NCBI GenBank assembly: GCA_040901675.1
Contig: JBBDYJ010000026.1
Location: 65,062-129,061, forward strand
DNA: 64,000 nt
Direction of reading: 5' to 3'
DNA from: Pirellulales bacterium
GTDB taxonomy: Bacteria > Planctomycetota > Planctomycetia > Pirellulales > JAICIG01
This document shows positions 40,017 through 47,310 of this stretch, piece by piece. Under the pieces are notes generated by a model that searched no databases, was not told the origin of the DNA, and was given only the letters and a program-made list of their open reading frames with translations. The position numbers and the translations under genes were made by a program. Each line of letters begins with the position of its first letter. The stretch's first letter is position 1.

Positions 40017-41189
40017 ATGCGATGCGATACACTGTTCTCGGCCATTTGCACGCTGGCCATGGCCGCTGCGGTTGCAGCCGGCCAGGACCAGTCCCGCGCG
40101 GAGGATGCCAAAACAAGCGAGGCAAGCACCATGGACGTGCGGCAAGAACCGTTCGGCACGCTGAGCGACGGCACGGCGGTCGAGCTGTACACGCTGACGA
40201 ACCAGCACAAGGTCGTGGTCAAGCTGACCAACTACGGAGCCATCATTACCTCGGTGCGCACTGCCGATTTGCGGGGTAACGTGGCCGAGGTGTCGTTGGG
40301 CTTCGACACGCTCGACGAGTATCTGTCCGGCCATCCGTATTTTGGCGCGATCTGCGGACGCTTCGCCAACCGCATCGCCCGCGGCCGGTTCACCATCGAC
40401 GGCGTCGAGTACCGTCTGGCGGTCAACAACGGCGAGAACCACTTGCACGGCGGCCTCAAAGGGTTCGACAAGGTGGTGTGGAAGGCCGAGCCCTTCCGCG
40501 AGAAAAATGCGGTCGGCGTCAAGCTCACCTACACCAGCCCGGACGGCGAGGAAGGCTACCCGGGCAACCTGGCGTGCACGGTGATCTACACTCTCACCGG
40601 CGAGAACGAGCTCAAGATGGAGTACCTTGCCCGGACCGACAAGACGACGCCGATCAATCTTGCCAACCACACCTATTGGAACTTCGCCGACGCGGGCGCC
40701 GGCGACGTCCATGGGCATCTGCTCACGATCCAGGCCGACAAGTACCTGCCGGTCGACGAGGGTGGAATCCCCACGGGCGAACTGAAGAACGTCCGGGGCA
40801 CGCCCATGGACTTTACCCGCCCGACGGCGATCGGCGCGCGGATCGACCAGGTGCCGGGCGATCCGGGCGGTTACGACCACTGCTACGTGCTCAACAAGCC
40901 CGCGGGCAGCCAGGAAGGCACGCCCACCTTGGCCGCACGCGTGGTCGAGCCGGTCAGCGGCCGGGTCATGGAGGTCTTTACGACCCAGCCGGGCGTGCAG
41001 CTTTACACCGGCAACTACCTGGACGGCTCACTGGAGTCCCGCGGTGCTCGGTTCGAAAAGCAGCATGCCTTCTGCCTGGAAACGCAACATTTCCCCGACG
41101 CGGTGCACCAGCCCAGCTTTCCCTCGACGCTGCTGGAGCCGGGCCAGACTTACCGGCATCTCACCGTGCACAAGTTCTCCACACGGTAA
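40017..41189 (+). CDS. galM: Aldose 1-epimerase (mutarotase), secreted
   Basis: GRFANRI, NHLHGG, EEGYPG, NHTYWN, GYDHCY, FCLETQHFPD. Confidence 0.93.
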   Translation: MRCDTLFSAICTLAMAAAVAAGQDQSRAEDAKTSEASTMDVRQEPFGTLSDGTAVELYTLTNQHKVVVKLTNYGAIITSVRTADLRGNVAEVSLGFDTLDEYLSGHPYFGAICGRFANRIARGRFTIDGVEYRLAVNNGENHLHGGLKGFDKVVWKAEPFREKNAVGVKLTYTSPDGEEGYPGNLACTVIYTLTGENELKMEYLARTDKTTPINLANHTYWNFADAGAGDVHGHLLTIQADKYLPVDEGGIPTGELKNVRGTPMDFTRPTAIGARIDQVPGDPGGYDHCYVLNKPAGSQEGTPTLAARVVEPVSGRVMEVFTTQPGVQLYTGNYLDGSLESRGARFEKQHAFCLETQHFPDAVHQPSFPSTLLEPGQTYRHLTVHKFSTR

Positions 41190-41277
41190 AACGACCGCTG
41201 ACCGTGCACAAGTTCTCCACACGGTTAGACCGACCCGCTGACCGTGCACAAGTTCTCCACACGGTTAAAACGACCCG
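41163..41277 (+). repeat. Three tandem copies (38-40 bp period) of the galM 3' end
   Basis: accgtgcacaagttctccacacggt identical at 41163, 41201 and 41241. Confidence 0.92.
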
Positions 41278-41329
41278 GCCTCCGGACGGTCGCCCGGGGC
41301 CGGGCCGCATGGGCCGTGACTTGCCCTGC

Positions 41330-42223
41330 TCAATTACAGCACGCCCGAACGGCCACCCGGCAGACAACGGTCTTGGGCACCATCCGGCAAACCCGCACCT
41401 GGACTTGCTTTTCGACCTGGTGAGGAACCATCTGGCAGTAAGTCTGGGTCCTTTCCTCCGCCACGATCTTGCACACCGTCACGTCGAAGGTCTTTTGCCT
41501 TTTCTGCGGAACAAGCACCGTGCACTCGACCTGGCGCACCCGGCGCTCGGCAACACAGTAGGGCACCCGCACCGTGCGAGTCCGCTTTTCGTGCCGCAAG
41601 ACCGTTTGCACGTATTCGCAGGGCTCGTCGGTCACTTGCGGGCACAGCCGCGTGACCTGCACCGGACGTTGGACTATCTTGGGCACCCACACGCTGCGAT
41701 GAGTCACGTGCCCGCAGCAATCGACGTCGCACACCTTCTCGCAATGCCCCTGGTCTTCACACACCATCCGCGTCTCGGTGACTGGCACCATCCGGCAAAC
41801 CCGCCGTGTCGCCTGGCGGCGCACCTGTTCGGGCACGCACACCGTGTACTCGCGGGTTTCGTCTCGGTACTCCAGCCGGGTATGGATATAAGGCACCTCG
41901 CGGGTCCGTGTCTCGGGAACCAGCACGCAATAGTCGCGCGTCACCTGCCGGGTCTCCGGCACGCGGCGGTGGACCACGACGGTCCGTTCGCGCTGCTCGG
42001 GCCTGAGCTGCGTACACTGCACGGTCCGCGTCTCGGTGACCCAAGTCGGACACATCACCGTGCGTTCCACTTCTTCATAGCAGACGCACGGCTTGGGTTC
42101 GCAACAACTGGACGGGTGGCCCGCGCTCCCGCGCAACGCTCGCGTGATCAACCCCGACTGCGCGGGCTGGGCAGTCGATGCCAACAGGGCAGGGGTCAGC
42201 AGATAGAGTGCAATGCGTCTCAA
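41330..42223 (-). CDS. Cys/Val/Arg/Thr-rich secreted repeat protein, YTV-like planctomycete envelope protein
   Basis: AAAGGAGA RBS plus TTG start, signal peptide, VPETRTREV / EYTVCVP / VTVCK repeats. Confidence 0.75.
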   Translation of the reverse strand: MRRIALYLLTPALLASTAQPAQSGLITRALRGSAGHPSSCCEPKPCVCYEEVERTVMCPTWVTETRTVQCTQLRPEQRERTVVVHRRVPETRQVTRDYCVLVPETRTREVPYIHTRLEYRDETREYTVCVPEQVRRQATRRVCRMVPVTETRMVCEDQGHCEKVCDVDCCGHVTHRSVWVPKIVQRPVQVTRLCPQVTDEPCEYVQTVLRHEKRTRTVRVPYCVAERRVRQVECTVLVPQKRQKTFDVTVCKIVAEERTQTYCQMVPHQVEKQVQVRVCRMVPKTVVCRVAVRACCN

Positions 42224-42262
42224 GTCAGTCTCCTTTCCAAGATCTCGGTGCACATAACGGAC

Positions 42263-42297
42263 AAAAAACCCCTCCGCACCGTTTGGCGTGGAGGGGC
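42263..42297 (-). terminator. Intrinsic terminator in the leader of the YTV-like gene
   Basis: gcccctccac..gcggagggg followed by T6 on the minus strand, ~40 nt before the start codon. Confidence 0.8.
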
Positions 42298-42427
42298 TAT
42301 CACAACCCGATCACTCGCACCGCCGACCCAGACAGGAAACCGTCACACGGCTCTCCCAGCCTGGTCCCGCCGTCGGCCGAGCTATCCCAAACGACGCTGC
42401 CAGTCAGCCCCGCTGGCAACTCGGCCG

Positions 42428-42456
42428 AGTTTACCAAAACTTCCCAAACTTGTCAA
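42428..42456 (-). promoter_or_regulatory. sigma70-type promoter
   Basis: TTGACA-17 bp-TAAACT. Confidence 0.75.
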
Positions 42457-42506
42457 ATACCCCAATCGCTGATTTATACCCAAATTTTCTGAACAACCCA
42501 AACTGC

Positions 42507-43520
42507 TCAAAAACCACGCGCCGCGCGGATGTCCTCGAAGTCGCGCAGGTGGTATTCGATCCGGGCGTAGTCGAGCATCCGGCATAGCGCTCGCAGGGCC
42601 ACCCCCAGGCCGTCGGGGCCGCTGAACCCTCCAAACTGCCCTCCCCCCTTGAGATGGGGTTCCAGGTCCAAAAAAACTCCGGGAATACCGCGGCGGTGAA
42701 GTTGCTGGTGCAGCCGGGGCAGCGTCTCTCGAAAATCCAACAGCACCGCCTCGTGGCCGCTTTGTCCCTGGTCGACCGGCACGAAGTGCTTCAGGACCTC
42801 CTCGTCCACATGGCCTTGCTTCTCGGGCGGCCGCGGGTGGCGATAGTCCTTGATGTGCATCCAGCCGATGGCCGGCTTCATCGCCTGGTACTGCTGGAAC
42901 ACCTCGGTGGCCGTATACCCTTGGCAGAGGATGTTGGCCGCGTCGAAAACCAGCACCAGCGCCGGGTGGTTGACCTGGCGATGGATCTCAGCCAGGAGCT
43001 GTCCGGTGTGGCCCACCAGGTTCGCCTCGATTTCCAGGCCGAACGTCAAGTCGGAGCGATGGCACGTCTCGGTGATCTGTCCCAACTGGTCAACGGCTTG
43101 CGGTATATGGTCCTGAGCGTTGCTGCCCCGTGGGTGGTAAAAGGAAAAGCCCCGGATCAGCTTGGTTTCAAAGGCATGCGCCAGCTCGCAGGCCCGTTTG
43201 ACCTCCTTCTCCAGGTACTTCTGAAAGGGAACATAAGCGTTGGGGGTGCCGTCTTCCGCGTCGACGAGCTTGACTTTGCCGATCGGCGAGCCGATCGACG
43301 CCACGTTCAGCCCATATTCGTCCTCCAGGTGCCTGACCTGCTGGATCTCCTTGAGGGTCAGCTTCATCACGTTCTTGACGCCATCGCCCACGTCGATGAA
43401 GCGGATGCTGTAGAACTGCAGGCCCAAGGCGGCGAAAGCCGCGAATTGCTGCACGGCCGTCTTCTGATTGGCCGCTTCATCGGCGAATCCGCTGAGGGTG
43501 ACGCGTGGGTTGTCGGGCAT
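42507..43520 (-). CDS. Sugar phosphate isomerase/epimerase (TIM-barrel, AP endonuclease 2 family)
   Basis: LSGFADE, IGSPIGK, IRGFSFY, FDAAN, WMHIKD, LEPHL. Confidence 0.85.
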   Translation of the reverse strand: MPDNPRVTLSGFADEAANQKTAVQQFAAFAALGLQFYSIRFIDVGDGVKNVMKLTLKEIQQVRHLEDEYGLNVASIGSPIGKVKLVDAEDGTPNAYVPFQKYLEKEVKRACELAHAFETKLIRGFSFYHPRGSNAQDHIPQAVDQLGQITETCHRSDLTFGLEIEANLVGHTGQLLAEIHRQVNHPALVLVFDAANILCQGYTATEVFQQYQAMKPAIGWMHIKDYRHPRPPEKQGHVDEEVLKHFVPVDQGQSGHEAVLLDFRETLPRLHQQLHRRGIPGVFLDLEPHLKGGGQFGGFSGPDGLGVALRALCRMLDYARIEYHLRDFEDIRAARGF

Positions 43521-43650
43521 GGCGGGGTCCCTGGCTGTTCTGAGAATTTGGTCATTGTCAGAACCCGCCGGGGGGGCCGCAAGGGGCAAAAGGGAAGGCA
43601 ACACGTCGATCCTGCGCGGGCCGCTCGGCTTGCCGGTCCGTTGCGCCTGC

Positions 43651-43680
43651 TTGACAGTTGGCTTGGCGCCGCTGTATTCT
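43651..43680 (+). promoter_or_regulatory. sigma70-type promoter
   Basis: TTGACA-18 bp-TATTCT. Confidence 0.65.
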
Positions 43681-43727
43681 GCGCAGGAGTCTGCTGGCGT
43701 TTGGCAAACTCTCTTTGCGGCTACGAC

Positions 43728-43762
43728 AGCCTCTGTGTGCCTGGAGCACGCGGGGGTTTTTT
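43728..43762 (+). terminator. Intrinsic terminator in the leader of the HMA-domain gene
   Basis: gcctctgtgtgc-ctgga-gcacgcggggg followed by T6. Confidence 0.65.
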
Positions 43763-43840
43763 CTTGCGCGGACCTTTGCCCCTCCGCGCGGACTGCACCG
43801 TGGGAGTGCGCACGCACGTTTTTAAAAGGAGTGATAAGTC

Positions 43841-44416
43841 ATGAAATCGCTGTCTGTCATCGCCCTGGCCCTCTTGATCGCTTTGGGCCTCGGGCTCGTT
43901 GGCAACCTGGCCGTTGCCGACGACAAAGAAACTCAGAAGGGGGAAGGCCAGGAAATCGTGCTCGACGTGTATGGAGTGGAATGCGCCGGCTGCGCCCGGG
44001 CCCTGACGGCCGCTCTTGAGGAAGGCGGAGTGGAAAAAGCTTCCAGGCTCGCTCCGGGCAGAGACAAGACCGCGCCGGTCCGCGTGGAAGCCCAGCTCGC
44101 TGAAGACGCCGACCTCTCCAAGGCGGCCACCGCCGTGAACGACGCCCGCACGCCCCATCGTGCCAAGGCGCCGCCGGCACTGGCCCTGGTGCTGTTCACG
44201 GATGCCGGCGAAGAATCGACGAAGAAGCTCGCCGAATCGCTGAAAGACGTGAAGGGAGTCGACGCCAAGAAATCGAAGGCCGACGCCAGGAAGGGCGAGA
44301 TCCGCCTGATCTTGACCGGCGACGACGAGATAACGATCGTCCAGATCGTGGAAGCGCTGGATCAAGGAGGCATTGAGGCCCGCACTTCCAAGAAGGCTGC
44401 CAAGAAGCAAGCGTAA
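43841..44416 (+). CDS. Secreted protein with heavy-metal-associated (HMA-like) domain(s)
   Basis: AAAGGAG RBS, signal peptide, VYGVECAGCARAL. Confidence 0.75.
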   Translation: MKSLSVIALALLIALGLGLVGNLAVADDKETQKGEGQEIVLDVYGVECAGCARALTAALEEGGVEKASRLAPGRDKTAPVRVEAQLAEDADLSKAATAVNDARTPHRAKAPPALALVLFTDAGEESTKKLAESLKDVKGVDAKKSKADARKGEIRLILTGDDEITIVQIVEALDQGGIEARTSKKAAKKQA

Positions 44417-44482
44417 GATTGTTCGGGCTCACTGTGTCCAGTCGTCGTGCCTGGCACTCCCACGGGCTTTTTTGCAATCAGG

Positions 44483-44645
44483 TTCGTAGTGACCCGATTT
44501 ATCGGGTCCTGCTGGTCGTTTCAAGCTTGGACCGCATGAATGCGGTCACTACGAGCCAGCCGTTCGTAGTGACCCGATTTATCGGGTCCTGCTGGTCGTT
44601 TCAACCGCGAAAGGACTCGTAGGACGGCCTTCCAGGCCGTCCTAC
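44483..44645. repeat. BIME-like GTAG REP mosaic
   Basis: ttcgtagtgacccgatttatcgggtcctgctggtcgtttcaa x2, inverted gaccgcatgaatgcggtcactac, gtaggacggccttccaggccgtcctac. Confidence 0.85.
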
Positions 44646-45505
44646 TGATTCCCTTCCTCCCTTCCGCCTTCGTGCATCATCCGGTGCACGCGGGCCACGT
44701 GCCACATGTAGTGGCCAATGCGGTGCTCGTCGGCGGCCGTCACGACATGCTCGCGAGCGCGCGTGGCGTCGCCGGCGGCGTCGAAATAGAGTCCCAGGTA
44801 GAGGTGCGCGTAAAACAGCCGCCCCTTCAGCTCCTCGGCACCGGGGTCGCCGGCGCGGGTGGCCTCGAGCACGTCGTCCGGTTCGCACTTGCCGGCAAAC
44901 AGCGCGTAAACCTGCATCATCGGCACGCGGCGGTCGTCCTTGATCTTCAACAGCGATTGCCGGGCCCGTTCGACGCCCTCGCTCTTGGCCATGCACAGAT
45001 AACGCCAGACCGCATTCTCGACGTCGTTGTCGTCGAACGTCTGGTATCCCTCGAATTGGCGCCGACCCTCGTCGTAGCGGCCGGCATAATAATACGAGAT
45101 GCCCCGCTTCCAATGCTCCCGCTCGCGCTGGGGCGCCAGCTCGATCGCCTTGTCGAAGTCGGTGATCGACGGCTCGATGCGCCCCAGCTTGAACCGCGCG
45201 CTTCCCCGCAAGTCATATAGCTCGGCCTGGTCCGGATCGAGCTCGATCAGCTTGTCGTAGTCGGCGATCGCGCGCTCGTGTTCGTCCATTCGATCGAGCA
45301 GCCCGGCCCGGAAGCGGTAGGCCCCCCGGCTGTCCGGCTCTTCCTCGATCGCCTTGCCCGCCAGCCCAAGCGCCTCTTCCGGCCGCCCCGCGGCCAGCGC
45401 CGCTCGCGCCTCGGCCAGCAACGCTGCCGCCGTTTCTTCCCCGCGGGCGCTACTCAAAGCCCCCAACACAATCGTGACAGTAGCGGCGAGGACGCAGGCT
45501 CTCAT
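44642..45505 (-). CDS. TPR protein, NlpI-like
   Basis: AIADYDKLIELDP, RGISYYYAGRY, NDVENAVW, FYAHLYLGLY. Confidence 0.8.
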   Translation of the reverse strand: MRACVLAATVTIVLGALSSARGEETAAALLAEARAALAAGRPEEALGLAGKAIEEEPDSRGAYRFRAGLLDRMDEHERAIADYDKLIELDPDQAELYDLRGSARFKLGRIEPSITDFDKAIELAPQREREHWKRGISYYYAGRYDEGRRQFEGYQTFDDNDVENAVWRYLCMAKSEGVERARQSLLKIKDDRRVPMMQVYALFAGKCEPDDVLEATRAGDPGAEELKGRLFYAHLYLGLYFDAAGDATRAREHVVTAADEHRIGHYMWHVARVHRMMHEGGREEGNQ

Positions 45506-45565
45506 GTTGCACCAGAACGAAGGATGAGAGATGTAGACCGGCAGAACACGCTTGCGCGTCTCCTA

Positions 45566-45620
45566 TTCCTCCTTCCTCCTTCCTCCTTCCTCCTTCTGCC
45601 TTCTACCTTCCTCCCTTCCT
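45566..45620 (+). repeat. Heptamer array (TTCCTCC/TTCTGCC)
   Basis: Direct tandem units in a pure-pyrimidine-biased strand. Confidence 0.85.
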
Positions 45621-45621
45621 T

Positions 45622-47076
45622 TCACGCCAAGACTTTCCGCACCACCTCCCCGGCGACGTCGGTCAAGCGGAAGTCGCGTCCCTGGAAGCGGTAGGTCAGC
45701 TTCAGGTGGTCCAGCCCCAGCAGATGCAAGATCGTGGCCTGCAAGTCGTGTACGTGAACCCGGTCCTCGACCGCGTAGAACCCAAGCTCGTCGGTGGCGC
45801 CGATCGTCTGGCCACCCTTCACGCCGCCGCCGGCCATCCACATCGTATAGCCGTCGATGTGGTGGTCGCGGCCGATCAGGTCCCGCGGTTCGCCCATCGG
45901 CGTGCGGCCGAACTCGCCCCCCCAGATCACCAGGGTGTCGTCCAACAGGCCCCGCTGCTTCAGGTCCTTCACCAAGGCGGCGGCCGGGCCGTCGACCTCG
46001 CGGCAGCGATCGTCGAGCGGCTGGCCCAAATGCGTGTCGGCATTGCCGTGGTGGTCCCAATCGGTGTGATAAAGCTGAACGAACCGCACGCCCCGTTCGA
46101 CCAGCCGCCGCGCCAGCAGGCAGTTGTTGGCAAACGAGGGTTTGCCCGGCTCGGCCCCGTAGGCGGCCATCGTCTCGGGCCGTTCGCCCGAAACGTCCAT
46201 CAGCTCCGGCGCGCTGGTCTGCATCCGGTACGCCATCTCGTAAGCCGAAATCCGCGTGGCGATCTCGGGGTCGCCCACTACGTCCAGCCGCGAGGCATTC
46301 AGGTCGCGGACCGCGTCGAAGAAGTCGGCCTGCCCCTGGCCCGTGAAACCGGGGGGGCTCGACAAGTTCAGGATCGGCTCGGGACCCAGCAAAAACGGCA
46401 CCCCCTGGTGACTCGTCGGCAGGAACCCGCTGCCCCACAAGGGAGCTCCGCCCCGCGGGCCCCGCGGCCCCGATTGCAACACGACGAAACCAGGCAGATT
46501 CCGCGACTCGCTGCCGATCCCATACGTAACCCACGAGCCCATGCTGGGCAGGCCGAACCGGGCCGAGCCGGTGTTCACAAAAAGCTTCGCCGGCCCATGA
46601 TTGAAAACATCGGTGGCCATCGCCTTCAGGATGCAAACGTCATCGGCGATCGAAGCCAGTCCGGGCAACAGCTCGCTCAGCTCGGCCCCCGACTGTCCGT
46701 GCCGCGCGAACTTACGGCGCGTGCCCAGCAGGCGGGCGTCGTTCTTGATGAAGGCGAAGCGCTTGTTCTCGACGTACGACGGCGGCACCACCTGGCCGTC
46801 CAATTCCTGCAGCTTGGGCTTGTAGTCGAACAGTTCCAGGTGGCTTGGCCCACCGGCCATGAACAGGTAGATCACGCGCTGCGCTTTGGCCGCGAAATGC
46901 GGCGGCCGAGGCGACAAGGGCGCCGTATCGGCCCCTTGGACCGCGGCGGCGGCCCGTTCCTGGGCCACTAGCGAGGCCAGCGCCACTGAGCCCAGCGAGA
47001 CGCCGCATTGGCTGAAAAACTGCCGCCGCGTCTGGGCCAGCAGTTGCCCGTCATTGGCCGCTTGTCGGTCGTCCAT
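45622..47076 (-). CDS. DUF1501 family protein with twin-arginine signal
   Basis: TRRQFF, YLFMAGGPSHLELFDYKP, RRLVERGVRFVQ, GEFGRTP, GRDHH. Confidence 0.92.
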   Translation of the reverse strand: MDDRQAANDGQLLAQTRRQFFSQCGVSLGSVALASLVAQERAAAAVQGADTAPLSPRPPHFAAKAQRVIYLFMAGGPSHLELFDYKPKLQELDGQVVPPSYVENKRFAFIKNDARLLGTRRKFARHGQSGAELSELLPGLASIADDVCILKAMATDVFNHGPAKLFVNTGSARFGLPSMGSWVTYGIGSESRNLPGFVVLQSGPRGPRGGAPLWGSGFLPTSHQGVPFLLGPEPILNLSSPPGFTGQGQADFFDAVRDLNASRLDVVGDPEIATRISAYEMAYRMQTSAPELMDVSGERPETMAAYGAEPGKPSFANNCLLARRLVERGVRFVQLYHTDWDHHGNADTHLGQPLDDRCREVDGPAAALVKDLKQRGLLDDTLVIWGGEFGRTPMGEPRDLIGRDHHIDGYTMWMAGGGVKGGQTIGATDELGFYAVEDRVHVHDLQATILHLLGLDHLKLTYRFQGRDFRLTDVAGEVVRKVLA

Positions 47077-47100
47077 AGCAATGTTCCAGGTCGCGTTCGG

Positions 47101-47306
47101 TTCGTAGTGACCGCATTTATGCGGTCGTCCTCGTTCGTAGTGACCGCATTTATGCGGTCCGTAGCGCTCGTTGTAGGACGGCCTTCCCAGGCCTTGCCAG
47201 GCCTTCCCAGGCCGTCACGTGAGTAGGATGGCCTTCCCAGGCCGTCCAGACGGGCTGGGAAGCCCTGTCCTACCTTCTGCCTTCTGCCTTCTGCCTTCTG
47301 CCTTCC
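47101..47306. repeat. GTAG REP mosaic followed by (TTCTGCC)n
   Basis: gtagtgaccgcatttatgcggtc x2; gtagga(c/t)ggccttcccaggcc x2; gacgggctgggaagccctgtcctac; heptamers. Confidence 0.85.
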
Positions 47307-47310
47307 GACA

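Noticed and set aside
41163..41277. Mini-CRISPR array (three identical 25-bp palindromic repeats)
   Set aside because: Spacers are only 13-15 bp and similar to each other, the first repeat is inside galM coding sequence, and there are no cas genes in the window
42330..42420. ZTP or cyclic-dinucleotide riboswitch assignment for the YTV-like leader
   Set aside because: GACUGGC is present, but the ZTP 3' CGCCUGGGC element and the c-di-GMP/c-di-AMP consensus blocks are absent
43683..43720. yybP-ykoY (Mn) riboswitch (GGAGU...UUGGCAA resemblance)
   Set aside because: Far too short for the four-way junction; retained only as an unclassified leader
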